NCBI RefSeq assembly: GCF_006345805.1
Contig: NC_043008.1
Location: forward strand, 992,001 to 1,056,000
Direction of reading: 5' to 3'
Source: Octopus sinensis
Lineage: Eukaryota
Length of the DNA stretch: 64,000 nt
The position numbers were made by a program, and so were the translations under genes. How positions within the stretch are numbered: position 1 is the stretch's first letter; each line of letters begins with the position of its first letter. Shown here piece after piece: positions 39,717 to 54,085 of this stretch. Under the pieces are notes generated by a model that had not been told where the DNA came from, ran no database searches, and saw only the letters and a list, made by a program, of their open reading frames with translations.

Positions 39717-39748
<32 letters not shown>

Positions 39749-39798
39749 TATATAATATATGCATTATTATACAGGTAGAGTTATATATACATATACAG

Positions 39799-39831
<33 letters not shown>

Positions 39832-40623
39832 AGCAATTTTTTGTGATTTATTTATATAACATTTATTTGCATGTATTAGTGTTACATTTATTTGATTTAA
39901 CGCGCATTTATGGATGAAGATGAGGATCTTTGCCTCTGAATATCTACGTATATTGCTCTTTGCATGACACTACACAAAACGTATTGCCTACTTAAAATTA
40001 TTTCTGTTCCAATGTATAGCCCGGGTTGCAGCAACTGGTTGGATAAAAGCACGAACTGAAGCACACGCATACACACGTATACAAACCGCCTCTCACACAC
40101 ACTCGCAAAAACACACCTCACATTCACATATAGTTAAGTAACTAAAAGATATCGCCTCACATATTATTTTGAAATCCCATGTAAAATACACGTAAAGAAG
40201 AAATAATATCTTAGAGAGAATATTTTACAGAAGAATAAAAATGCTACTTTGGAAATTGATCGGCAAAAACAGAGAAAAATGAAAAAAATATATACGTAAA
40301 AGATATGAAAAATATAAATGATAATAATAATATCAAACATAATAACAATAATGATAATCATAATGATGACGATGATGATGATAAAATCGAGCTGTAGTAT
40401 TACTTTTTGGTGGAAGTAATCCGTTTTATTAAATCTGCATAGAATAACACTAAGGAAAGAAGAAAAGAAAAGAGAAGAGAAATAAGAAAACTTGTACTGG
40501 AAATAAGAACGAGAGAGAACGAAATCGCACATCGAGATTTTTTTCCAAAAAACACCGAGCGTAAACTTTTCATATATTATATATATATATACACACATAT
40601 ATATATATATACACACATATTAT

Positions 40624-40691
<68 letters not shown>

Positions 40692-41517
40692 TATATATAC
40701 AATATATATATTTACATATATATATATATATACATATATGTATACATACATATGTACATTTATATACATACATTTACTTGTATATATATAACGTGCGTAT
40801 ATATAAGCGCATATTTATATATAAACACATATACATATGTACTTTGTATTTTTTAACCATCTCTTACTCAGGTATTATTTATGTATTTGCAGTTTGTATA
40901 AATGATTTTAGCTAAGATCTATTGATTTTGCTTTACTTTTGTTACATTTTTTGTCGACGATCTGGGTCTCTACTGTATCTCGAAAATGTAGTTGTGTTAA
41001 GATTTGTATATAATTTGTATTGTTGCTATCGGCATTCGTAATCCGAACTCATTTTGCCAACCAACAGAATCGCAATGTCTAATACGCATCTCCGTCGACA
41101 TGTTAAAATTTGCTGATGGATTTTCTTTCCCAGCGAAATATCCTGAGGTTATCATTCCAAGTAAAATATTACCATCGAATTCAAGTACCTTAAGAAGTGT
41201 TGTTATGGATTGTGTAACCAATTCTGTTTCTCAATGTTTACAAACATATACACTCTAACACGCAGACACACTCTAACACATACAAATACACACACACACA
41301 CAAACAAACAAGTAAACAAATACAGGCACGCACAAACATATGCACATGGAAAACCCATACAAGCCCATATATATACGAGTGTGTGGGTGAGTATTATACA
41401 CGTGTATGCAAAAGTGTATGCGTACGATTTCCATGTGTACCCCCATTTATACAGACACATACGCGCACACACACACACATATATATATATACATATATAT
41501 ATAAACATATATGTGTT

Positions 41518-41570
<53 letters not shown>

Positions 41571-41584
41571 GGTATATGTGTGTA

Positions 41585-41619
<35 letters not shown>

Positions 41620-42344
41620 CTACCTACATGTCGCTCCTCGCGGAATAGCGTATTTAATCAGTTTCCTTAATCAATAACCGCCCGATCATCTTATTCTCGG
41701 TGAAACCTTGCAGCGAATAATATCGAATGAATACGCAAAAGCTGCCCGAAAAGATTATAATAGCATATACATTGATTCCACCAATCTCAGACATCTGGCA
41801 AAGTTCTTAGACGCAACCAGCTCATCTTTGACTTATGAACACCATAAAAAAAAATTTGTAAAATACCTTGGGTTTTATTTGGACACGACCAATGTCATGT
41901 GATCGCCAGATAAATAATAATGGAATCGATGCCAGTGTTGCAGGAATGAACAGAGAATGGATCACATAATTCGATTAGAAATTTTCGAGATAAGAATGAA
42001 ATTTTGAAACATTGTAATAGATAATGTAATGGATTTAATATTGTACGATAATATTTGGTGGAAAATGTGAACAAGTCTCAAGGTAATACATCTACATTTA
42101 CAGATCACTGAAGGTATATATTGCCAGAAATACATATACACGTACTTATACAGCAAACACTCCCGTACACGTTCATCTGAAGTTGCTAAAAAAATGATAC
42201 TGTTATAAAGTAGATACACATAATAATATTGAACAGTATAACAATCACTTTATATTTTATTAAAGACGAAGCCTTTATATGATCATTGGAAATGCTAGAA
42301 AGAGCAGTTACAGCTTTCTCAATTATCAAATTCGACAACATAGT

Positions 42345-42697
42345 GCAGGTTATACTGAGGAGACCCCCTTCGGTCATGAATGACCATGGGATTGCACTTA
42401 GAAAGTTACCCTCCGAGCCACATGTCCGGGCAAGGTTGTTTGTAGAAGGCTAGCAGTCGCCCCCGCATTCCAGCCTCTCCTCTTCACACCTCTGATGTTA
42501 TCCAAGGGAAAGGCAAAGAGGTCGATACAGCTCGGCACCAGTGATGTCGCGACTCATTTCTACAGCTGAGTTAAGGGGAGCAACGTGAAAGAAAGTGTCC
42601 TGCTCAAGAATAGAACATGTAGTCCGGTCCGGGAATCGAACTCACAACCTCACGATCGTAAGCTCGACGCTCTAACCATTGAGCCATGCGCCTTCAC
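42345..42697 (-). mobile_element. Full-length tRNA/CORE-like SINE family C
   Basis: Head gtgaaggcgcatggctcaatggttagagc..gagttcgattccc, CORE-like cttgagcaggacactt, tail gtcattcatgaccgaagggg. Confidence 0.85.
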
Positions 42698-43764
42698 AGG
42701 TCATACTAAATATCAATATAAAAACAAAATTAAGAGTCTCAAATTTATTGTTTGTAAGTATAGTTTTGCTCGACCAGGCTTACTATAATGGCAAATAACA
42801 ACGGCATCAGCGTCAAACGATATCAACATCAAAAAAGCTAAAAATTAATTTCTGTCGATGATTTAAAATACTTTAGAGGAGAATTATTTTATGTATAAAG
42901 TTTCAAAATACTAAAATCAACTCAGGATATGCAGGCAAACGTCTCAGTGTAGAGAACAAAGAGAAGTGGTACATCTATCCAGAAGCCATCTAAACAAAAT
43001 TCAGAAAATAATCGTAGTAATTTAAAGAAGAGATGTAAGAGTATGCATCTTGCTTTCATAACAGCTAATATAATACATGTGAAAGAAAGATCGTCACAGT
43101 ATTTAGTTTGAATACAATGACAAACAAACTTTACACTACATTTTTACCCAATGCCATGTTGGCTAAAGTAATGTCACATAAGCTCAAAAAAAGCGCTAGA
43201 TGGTCACAGCTATGACAAATCATAGGTTTCACTGATCAGAAGCCACCTGTGCATAAACAGCAATCAACTGTCACCAGCAAAACGAAATTAATAAATACGA
43301 CATATGGTTCCTACTATTCTTATGTATCAAATGGATTCTTAGAATCACACTAGTACAATTCCATCTGTGTTAGAGAACGGATAAGGCAATTACCCTATTC
43401 TATGAGTGTAACTGGGATACAAAGGGAGGTAACTGAATGCTGCTACAGTACTATTCATATATAATTCTTTAACAGAAGTGACCATTTTGAGGGATCTCGC
43501 TTATCTTCCTATTCGACAGATTAACTACTTGAATTGTATTAAAGTCGATGAAATCAACAATATCAATGATACAGAAACGTCAAATTTATACCGTTGCACC
43601 GAATCATTATTATAACTAATATTATTGACCATACAATACAACCAGAGAGGCAAATATGTTTATTATTTTCAAGAATGTAATCGTTATTGAAATATTAAGT
43701 TAAACACCAGAAACTTGTGGAAACTGTGGTGTGTGTGTGTGTGCGTGTGTGTGTGTGTCTGTCT

Positions 43765-43965
43765 GTCTGTTTATCCCCCAATATCGCTTCACAACCGATG
43801 CTGGTGTGTTTACGTCCCCGTACCTTAGCGGTTCGGCAAACGAGACTGATAGAATAAGTACTAGGCTTACAAAGAATAAGTCCTGGGGTCGATTTGCTCG
43901 ACTAAAGACGGTGCTGCAGCATGGCCACAGTCAAATGACTGAAATAAGTAAAATAATAAAAGAGT
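43765..43965 (+). mobile_element. SINE family A, 3' half
   Basis: caaccgatgctggtgtgtttacgtcccc...cagcatggccacagtcaaatgactgaaa. Confidence 0.9.
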
Positions 43966-43992
43966 ATATATGTGTATGTATGTATGTGTATG

Positions 43993-44030
<38 letters not shown>

Positions 44031-45344
44031 GAGAGAGAGATATGTTTATACGTATACATACATACACACACACACAAATATATATATATATGCATATTAT
44101 ACTTGTATGTATGTGTGTGTGTGTGTGTTTGTACGTATGTATTATAAATTTCAACTTACGTGTTTTAACGTAAAAAAAAAACTTTCAGAATGCAAAGCTA
44201 GCTAATTTATTTCATGCACACGAAGACAATTTTCTGCTTACCATATGTCGACGACATTGAGATTTATGTTAACTGCCAGGCTTCACCACTCTGTCAGATG
44301 ATTAAGTGTTCATCAGAAACCGAGCAATCAATTAAGGATTAAGGAACATGCAAAACGATGAAAAAAATTAAAGAATAAAATATTTCAAGCTCTGTACCTA
44401 GTCAGCAGTAATCCATATTTTTGCAATTTATTTTCGCCAGCAGCGAAAGAGATATAAAAATGAAACCCAACTAAATTTAAATGAAATACACTGAAATACC
44501 ATACCAGAAAGTCATTAACATTAAAACTCTAATTGACATTGAAACAGAATGTGTAATGAAGAAAGAAAACTAAAGGAAAACAGAGAAACAAAATTTAAAT
44601 ACAGAGAAAATTGTTCACTTTAAAATTAAAACCACATGTATGGATTGCATAAAACATTTTGCAATTTAAATAGAAATCATAATTAAAACATTAACATTTT
44701 TAAAACGGTCTGTAATTGACGACGAAACATCATAAAAAATAGCACTAAGAACATTAATAAATTAAAGCCATTTATATTGAGATATAATCCACAGGACGTA
44801 ATTTTGCAGATGCATGAAATGAAGACGTCTTCCAGAGTTCTGCTGTCTGTCAAGTGTTGACAGTCGAAGACATGAGTAGCTTTTAACATCATCTATTTCA
44901 TTTATTACATCGAATTAAAATAGCGTATAATGTGTCTACTTTATATTCGATAGTTTCTTTTAATATTCCAATCTCAGGAGAAGAATATTTGTTTGATTTC
45001 AGATTTTATTGAGTCCCGTTTGGATGAAATACCTCCCACTTGTAATTTTAACGTTACTTTTCTTGTTACTATACTAGATATCAAATTACTATTTTCATGA
45101 TGTCTATGAAGTGTGTATGTATGTGTAGTGATATTGTTATATTTTTATGTACTACTATTTCATTGTAAGTATAATTACAAGAGTTATTGTTAAGGGCGAG
45201 ATAAAAAGAGACAATCTTTTGTATCAAATATAATAAACTTATAGACATATATTTCAACGTATATCTTTTGTCTATTCATTTGTTTTAGTTAATGGCCAGC
45301 AGTTATGTCGGCGCAACACTTAGAAGGTTTTAGTCAGTAAAAGC

Positions 45345-45530
45345 GTGACACAGAATGCAACTTGTCTGGCCCTTTTGGATTAGAGGTACAAATTATTTTT
45401 GCTAGCTGAGTGGATTGGAGCAATGTGAAAGGAAGTATCTTGCTGAAGGGCTCAACGCGCTTCCTGGGAACGAAATCACGCCCTAACGAACACGAGCCGT
45501 ATACCCCTAACCATTAAGCGATAGGCCTTC
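45345..45530 (-). mobile_element. Degenerate tRNA/CORE-like SINE
   Basis: gctgagtggattggagcaatgtgaaa..tatcttgct..ccctaaccattaag..ccttcac. Confidence 0.7.
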
Positions 45531-45764
45531 ACCAAACACACATACATGCACAAAGATACAGACAGTCACAGACAGTCAGACAAACACACAAACATACACA
45601 ATATATATTATATGTATGTATGTATATATGTTCTTAACTTCCCAGGCATGCCTGTACTGTTTGTTGCTTTGTGATTTTATCATCTCAATCACCTCCGTGA
45701 GGTGACAAAAATGTAGTTTCGGACACAATGATTGTGTATTAAAATGCTACAGATCTTTTATCTT

Positions 45765-45909
45765 TCACTTGTTTCAGCCATTTCACCGTGGCCACGTTGC
45801 AGCACCGTGTGGAAGTGTTTCAGGTCAAGCGAATCAACTGTGTAATTTATTTTCGAAAGTACGGAATTTATTCTATCGATGTCTTCTGCCGAACCAGTAA
45901 GTTTCATAA

Positions 45910-45977
<68 letters not shown>

Positions 45978-46140
45978 GATGGGCTTCTTTCAGTCTTCGT
46001 CTACCAAATACAAACATAAGGCTTTCGTCAGGTCTGGGATATAGTTGAAAAGACTTGTCAAACGTAGCATGCAGTCAGATTAAACCCAGAACCACGTGTC
46101 CGGGAAGGAAATTTCTTAACACGCAAGCACGCTTGCGCTT
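45765..46140 (-). mobile_element. Full-length, old SINE family A
   Basis: Tail cacttgtttcagccattt, body tgccgaacc, head ggcttctttcagt..gcttgcgc. Confidence 0.75.
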
Positions 46141-48079
46141 TTAAGTATTTAATTAAAACCTGTCTGGAATGTTTCTTCCAGACTATGTTGTTGATAAAAT
46201 GAATAGCAGATGCTTAACGACATATGAAATTTGATCGGTTGCAACCTATGATCAAAAGTAAGTGATCCGAGAGTAGAGCGACGTTTTTCAAGAACATCGA
46301 TAACTAAATGACTCAATTCCTTGATTTCTTTTTACGTTGAAGGAGAATCGAGAGAAACATGACTATTATTTATAGAATGTCAATCGCCCACGCTTATGTC
46401 TGTGCAAAAGTTGAGCTACGAAACGTAAAAACTTATTACAAAGACACAGCAAAGATATATCATATAAATATATGTATGCATATATATATATTTATATATA
46501 CGCACACATATATTCGCTGCATATAGATACACACTTCAAACACACGTAACATGTGTGTATGCATGCTACCAGTCCCTCATCCAATCACACGTACTTACAC
46601 AAAGGAAGAGAAAGAGAGGTAGAATGACGCAAATACCTGTATATTGATAGCTAATCAAGATATATACATCTAAAGATTTTCGCAAATACACACAGTAGAA
46701 TCTAAACACGCAAATTAATCAATAGTTAAAAATGTCCTGAAAGACTTTCTTGTTCTTTTGAAATAAAGAACTCGTTTGTATTTGTGAATATCTCTATATA
46801 TTTGGTGAAGTTGACTTGCAGACTGTGTTCTGACCATCAATCAATATTATTTATCTTTTGTAAATGAAAGCAAACTATATTTTTGGGCAGCATTTTGTGG
46901 TTTATATTTTTTCGCCTTCTTTCTTCTGGATAGTGATTTCCCAAATAGATAAATATAACTTTTTGTGCATATATACATAACAATTTTCTTTTATTATTGT
47001 TATTATTGTTAATGCTGTTGTTGTTGTTATTATTATTATCATTATTGTTATTATCATTATTAGTGTAGTAGTAGTAGTAGTAGCAGCAGCAGCAGTAATA
47101 GCCTCAATACCAGCGCCAGCATTTAAGTTTCCAGTGTCCATTTACATAGCTCTGTGTATTTAGTGTTATTTCACATTTAAATACTTATTTGTTCAGGTAT
47201 TTCACTATGCTTTCAAACCTGGGCAGAATCACACAGAGCTGATAATTTTCCTGTTTTATCTCATGTTAGTAGCTCAAAATGTTTTTGAAAATTTTCGTAA
47301 AAAAATGTTATTAAAATTATTTTCTGAGGAAAATGATGTCAGTGAGAAGGCTCAGGTAAACTGTTTCATTCTGAAGAGGCAAGAATGAGGAAGAATACCT
47401 AATGAAAGTAGGGCATTAGCGGCAACAACTGATACAACTCACAACCTCACGATCGTAAGCTCGGCGGTCTAAACATTGAGCTATGAGAATTTACAGGTTA
47501 TACTAAATATCAATATAAAAGCAAAATTAAGAAGAGTCTCAAATCTAGTGTCTGTAACTATAGTTTTGTTCGACCAGGCTTACCATAATGGCAAAGAACA
47601 ACGGCATCAGCGTCAACGATAGCAATGCTCCACGCAGGGGATTGATGTATGGTCAGTGAAAATAAAAACACCGACAAAGAAACAGACACCATAGCATCCA
47701 CTACAAAAACAACAACAACAAATAAGAAAACTGATCAACAACGGCTGCAACTTATTTTCTAGTAGCAAAAGCACTATCAACAATATGCTGGTATTCAGAG
47801 ATATCGGACATCATAAAGAGAAGACAAATTATGCATATATAAATGTATATCCTAATCATAAAACTTCAGAGAATGTACCATGGTCTTCTATATGGCGTAC
47901 GAAAGAAGTAAAGCAGTGCTACACTCACTTCTATAATGAAAACTTACTGTAACATGGATGTAAGCTGTGGCCGAAAGCTGAAATCATCTCCCAATGAATA
48001 TCACTGGCTTAGCACCATTTTCTATTAATACAACTGCTACTACTACTATTACTGAGAATAATGATAATTATATTCCTTG

Positions 48080-48200
48080 TCATTATAGGCACAAAGCCTG
48101 AAATTTGGGTGAGGGGTACACTCGATTACATTGACCCCAGTAAGTAACCGGTAGTTATTTTATCGAAGCTGGTAAATGAAAGGCAAAGTCAACCTCGACG
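48080..48200 (-). mobile_element. SINE family B, 3' part
   Basis: aggcacaaagcctgaaatttggg..tgaaaggcaaagtcaacctcgacgg. Confidence 0.8.
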
Positions 48201-48204
48201 GTTT

Positions 48205-48248
48205 ATCTATCTACCTATCTATCGTTCTTTCTATCCATCGTTCTATCA

Positions 48249-48284
<36 letters not shown>

Positions 48285-48296
48285 ATCTATCTTTTT

Positions 48297-48374
<78 letters not shown>

Positions 48375-48375
48375 A
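48205..48375. repeat. (TATC)n/(TTTC)n tetranucleotide array
   Basis: Seen directly. Confidence 0.95.
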
Positions 48376-48455
48376 ACCCAATAAGGTTCGAAAATTGATT
48401 AAGGTTGTTCATTCTTTTTCAATCTACACAGAAATAGCTAAAATTTGCCGTTTAT

Positions 48456-48642
48456 AGTTACGAAAAAAACAAAAGACGAAGGCAGGTGGTGTACAAAACA
48501 AACAGATGTATTAGTAAAATGCTCAGGAATAGAAAAAGTATTTTACGTTTCGAGCCTACGCTCTTCTACAGAAAGGGACACAGAAAAAAACAAGGAGAGA
48601 AACAAGGAAAGAATAAAATGTGTGTAGTGGTTAACGATCTTA
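48456..48642 (-). mobile_element. Second copy of the 13081 hammerhead-like repeat
   Basis: Minus strand cttt-CTGTAGA-A-GAGC-gtag-GCTC-GAAAC-GTA-aaat at 48575-48540. Confidence 0.7.
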
Positions 48643-50481
48643 GGGAATGATAATACCGGCATCACAGGGGTTCAAATTATTCTCAATGAGGAAATATATT
48701 TTTTTGTTACTTAGAGATAGTAGGCCTTTTCATCCCACCATTTAAAAAAAAAATTAATTTAATTTAATACTTTTCGTTGAAGAGAACGAGAAAATAAGGT
48801 CCAGGGACGATTTGTTCAACTAAAGACTCTTCAAGATGGTGGCCGTGGTCTAACAACTGAAACAACTAAAAAATAAAACGTAAAAGATCCTATGAACGGG
48901 CAATGTATCCATGATATGCGAGTGTATGTCTGCCTGCCAATGTATGTGTGTGTGTGTGTATGTGAGTATGCCTGTATGTGAGTGATATGTGTAACTATGT
49001 ATACCGTGCTAATGCGTGAGTTGCCAAAGGAAAACCGTAAATTCTTATATAACCTTCAGTGAATACATAAAATAAATACGTTTATGTCAATAAGCATAAA
49101 TGCATGCTTCATTATGGATTTGTGTGCATTCCTGCATGTTCTCTCACTCACTCAATATGCGCATGCGTGAGTGTGTATACGTTGACACAGACATACACAT
49201 ACGAACCTTTAGAAACATATGTATACTTTCCTTTATGTTATGATTGTCAATTTGCAATTTCGCATTTCCAGTATTCATGTAGCTTCTACATGTTCTTGAT
49301 ATTAGCCACCATAATCTACATTTCGGCATGTAAACAACATCTAATGTCTCTTGACAAATGCATTCATCTTACCAAAAGTTCTTTGTGTATACAGCAACGA
49401 ATGCCAATGCCAGTTCATATTTCCTACACAATATGAATTCCTTTAAGAAATTTCATTTGCTCTATATACAATCACTTCAACTAGCTAAGTCTTTTGCCGC
49501 ATGTAACCTACGGTAGAATGTCTTACAAATGCAATGATTGTATATTTTTATGTGAAGTTTTATCATCACTTATCATTATACATACCTAAGTAAAGGCATA
49601 CATATATATATATCATCCTATATAAGTACACACACACTCACAGTATATGTATATATATATATATATATATATACTTTTGTATATGCATACATATACTTGC
49701 ATATATATATATATATACATACATATATATGTGTATATATATGTATATAAATATATATATTTGTATAATATGTATATATATGTATGTATATATGTATACA
49801 TACATGTGGTGTAACAAGAATCGAAACACCTATTCACTAAATTATCATCGCCTTAGGAATTAAGTATGCTTAGATCACATGACATTTGCACTTCCCCTCA
49901 AATCAAGAAATGTCGCAATATTGGTAAGCCATTAGAGAGTTTATTGTCGAAACCATTCTAAACCTGACTATAGAAATTTCGGAAAAATATGTTTAGTGAA
50001 CCATTCACAGATTATATTCATGTTCACATTTTGAAATGCAGAATTTCAGATTTTATTCTTCTTTACAATAGTGAAATCATTATAAGATGTTTATGGTGTA
50101 TTGGTGAATCGACAGGAAATCGACTGTAAACAATATGTTAGATGTATTTAAACAACGATATTAACATAAAAGTATTCAAAATTTTCAGATGAAACCCACG
50201 CAACTTGTCAATACGTCACTGCTACTATCATTACTCACGGATTATAAAGGAAGCAATATTCGTTTTATTGAAAATGAATATCAGAGGAAAACTTTTCAAA
50301 GCACAACATAGTAGGGAAATAAACGAACTCTGCGAGAACCGAGTTGTTAAATATACTGAAAGAGAATATGTATGTACGTACGTACGTACATGTGTGTGTA
50401 TGTATGCATGTATGTATGTATGATGTATTTATGTACGCACCTATGTATGTATGTAAGTATGTAGGCAGGTAATTACAGTGT

Positions 50482-50569
<88 letters not shown>

Positions 50570-50917
50570 GTATATAAGGTATATATATAAGTGTGTGTGT
50601 GTAATATATATATATATATATATATAATATATATATATATGGATATCAAAGCGTATATATATATACATGATTGAGTGTGTGTATGTGTGCATATAAACAT
50701 ATACAGAGGGAGGGACAGGGTGAGTGGCAAGTGACACACAGACACATGAAACTCAGAGAAAGATAGTGTTTAATGCAAATTATTCTATGAGAACCTATTG
50801 TTTCAACTTAAATACGAATGCGCAGCTTTCAAACGAAGAAGGCAATAATAGAATTGGACAAAATTCGATAGCTTACTATAATGTTATATAAAAATCTAAT
50901 TAGTAAATATTTTACCT

Positions 50918-50970
<53 letters not shown>

Positions 50971-51209
50971 CCACATACACTCACACACAAAAATACACAC
51001 ACACACATATATATATCTGTATGTATGTATGTATGTATGTATGTATGTATGTATGTATGTATGGATGGATGGATGGATGGATAGAGGGATGTATATTTTT
51101 AATATACGCAATAGCATTTCGCTAAATGTGCCATAAATTTATATGGTGAAAATATATGTACTGATACAAGGATTTAGTCAAACCATCGAGTGTTTCAGTA
51201 TATTAGAAG

Positions 51210-52135
51210 TGGAATATCCAATGTTACGGATTCAATCCTTCGTCAGGGGGCAGAGGAAAAGAAAAGAAAAGTAGAAAAAAATCAAAGAGAATTTACATCC
51301 TCTCAGCTTGAAATACTGTCTGCAGCTAATAATGGACGCAGAATAACGCGGATTGCTTACGTGCAACAAATTTACAGGAGAGGACGTACGGAAAGAAGAA
51401 TGAAAAGGGTGATGGTGAGAGTAGAGGTTGGTAAATACGGGAATGTTGCAGAGAGAGGGTGGAAGGAGAATAGAAAAGGGTAAAAAAGAATTAAGAGGTG
51501 GTGAAAGAATGAATGGAAAAACGTTCATTCGTAGGTGTCAGGGACAGAATGCTAAGATCAAGTATGAGACTTGGCTCCTTTTGTTTCCTAGAGAAGTAGG
51601 GTCCGTTGTGCGAGGCCATGCCACACTGATAAATCTGCAATGGAATGATTCATAGTGTTGAAGTGGGTGGCGACAGGTTGACCTGGCACACGTAGCATTA
51701 TGCCTTGCATGTGTTCGTGAGAGTGATCCCCAAGGCGTCGCCCTGTTTCTCCAATGCGAAGAGCACCGCAGAATTTGCACATAATGCAATATATGAGATT
51801 CACCGTAGTGCAAGAGAAATGGTGTGCTATGTGATATTGCTTCTTGGGACCCGTGATGGTGGTAATATTGTTGATGTAAGGGCATGTGTTATATTGTCGG
51901 TGAGAACATTTAAATGTTCCTGGTTGTGCAGAGCTGGGAGGTGTGAAGCTTTTAACAAGGAGATTTCTAAGACTCCTATCTTTTTTAAAAGACAGAGGAG
52001 ACCATTTATCTTCCTACCTCGACAGAATTTTATCTCCTGTAGTCACATTTAGAAGTTTCACAGCTCCGCACAACCAGGGGCCTTTAAATGTTCTCACCGA
52101 CGATGTAACACATGCCCCTACATCAACAATATGGG
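51210..52135 (-). mobile_element. Penelope-like element 3' part: GIY-YIG endonuclease relic, 3' UTR and an inverted partial copy
   Basis: RSLRNLLVKS..PGTFKC..NTCPYI..GPK..FSCTTVNLIYCIMCKFCGALRIGETGRRLGDHSHEH..PVATHFN..HSIADLSV (about 51990-51510), typical PLE GIY-YIG. Confidence 0.88.
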
Positions 52136-52904
52136 TATTAAACTGACCTACGAATTAAGTCTCGAATACTAGATATATGTATATATATACACATATTCAT
52201 ATGCATGTCTGTTCGTGTCATATCAGTTTGTGTATGCGTGTATGTGTGTATGTCTGTATACGTATGCCTAAACATGTATTCTATCAGCTGTAATCGTGAT
52301 ACCAGCTTCACAGACACCTGTAAAGCGTCAGTATTATTAAAATATCATCTCAACACGGTTTGCACGTAATTAAATTCACCGACAATGTGTTAGCAAATTG
52401 TGTACCAAGAGAAAGGTTTTCTAAAATGCATGCTTCCATTTAAATTACTGGGCTCAATCTTATCTTTCGAATATCATAGTGTATTGTTTTCTGTTGAAAT
52501 GCATTTGGTTTAATATCGCTTACATTAAATTAAGTGGCTGACGTTAATGTTTTCCGACATACACGCGATAATTATAGCAATCATTAATCACACAACGAGT
52601 GATCACGTAAACTATTTTAAACTCGACATGCAGGCGTGTTGTTTACTGTCTACATGGAATGACAGCCAAGAAAATTACTCATATTATCAGATACGATACT
52701 GTAAAATTTCTGCGTTGCGGTACCGGAAATGCATTGCCGAATCGATTGCTTATATAGCTGATATCTAGCAGCAGCGATGTTTATAAAATATGCTATCATT
52801 AGCCTGTTTGCGTGAACAACTCTGTATCGTGAACGAAATGACAAATACAACTTTGAAGTTAAATCTAAGAAGAAAGTAACAGCTTTATTATTCGTGAGGT
52901 GCAA

Positions 52905-53125
52905 GGCAGTAACCTGGCTGAATCGTTAGCGTGCTAGGCATCATGATGAACATCATTACTTCCAGCTCTTTATGTTCTGGGTTCAAATTTCGCCAAGTAG
53001 TCTTATCATTTCCTCTTTTCGGGGTCGATGAAGGAGATACAGGTTGCCTTCCCTCACTCTCGAAAATGTCTAAGATTTATGCCTATAGTAGAAAGAATTG
53101 TTTGAGGCATGCCTCTTATAATTGC
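52905..53125 (+). mobile_element. Degenerate SINE family B
   Basis: ctggctgaatcgttagc..gggttcaaatttcgcc..ttttcggggtcgat. Confidence 0.7.
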
Positions 53126-53939
53126 TAATCATAACTTGTAACGGTTTGTGGGGTTGCAGGACATTTCTGATCTCAGGTCATCTCGGATCCCAAAACTTAT
53201 AACATACGCTCCAACCTTTACCATATTATATTTCTGAAATACATAACCCACTATCTTCAACCTGCTTTACACAGTGATAGGTCTGATTTGAAAGTGATTC
53301 TGCTGTTATTTTATAGGAGCAGTTATAATGTCAAGGAATCTACCCATTCACTTCAGTTTTTGCCTTTGAAATGTTCGAGCATTTTCCATAGAAATGTTCG
53401 TGTTGGTGGTGTTACGACTGACAATGAGATATTCAATATAGTAATCTTTGTTCAATGTATTTCTCTAGAGAGAGAGACACGTATTGACTTAGTTTTTACG
53501 AAAGATGAACTAAAGCGAAAGCAAAAACTAAGAGAACAAAAGAGACAAATATATTAGAAGAAACCAAAACATAATTAATGGGCAATACTTGCTCGTAATT
53601 TACAAATGAAATTAAATTACTTGAAATATAATTATACAAATTAACGAAGAATATTTCAAGAACAGGTGATTATAGAGCATTCACCTGATGCAACCGTAGT
53701 GAAAGAGTGTTAAATATAATTGTCACAAGAATTAGAGATGTTGTATTCAAATAATGTCGGCGTGGTCTGAGTGTATGTAAAACTCTTCCATATTATTGAT
53801 TTGATTAATTACTAATTTCCTGTTGGTGTAATAAGAAATTACTTCTGGGTTAATAGGTTCATTGTGAATTAGACATGTAATAATGTGCATATCAGAATAT
53901 GGATATAATTTCTCACCTCTCTCTCATTCTCCCTCTCTC

Positions 53940-54085
<146 letters not shown>

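Noticed and set aside
40997-41258. Overlapping 74-aa and 84-aa ORFs as an exon
   Set aside because: No convincing splice sites or recognisable domain
41708-41902. VKYLGFYLD as a LINE RT motif
   Set aside because: Single short motif with no supporting upstream or downstream RT motifs
48009-48030. tagcaccattt similar to miR-29 (also taaggcac at 7136 similar to the miR-124 seed)
   Set aside because: Only seed-length matches and no precursor hairpin
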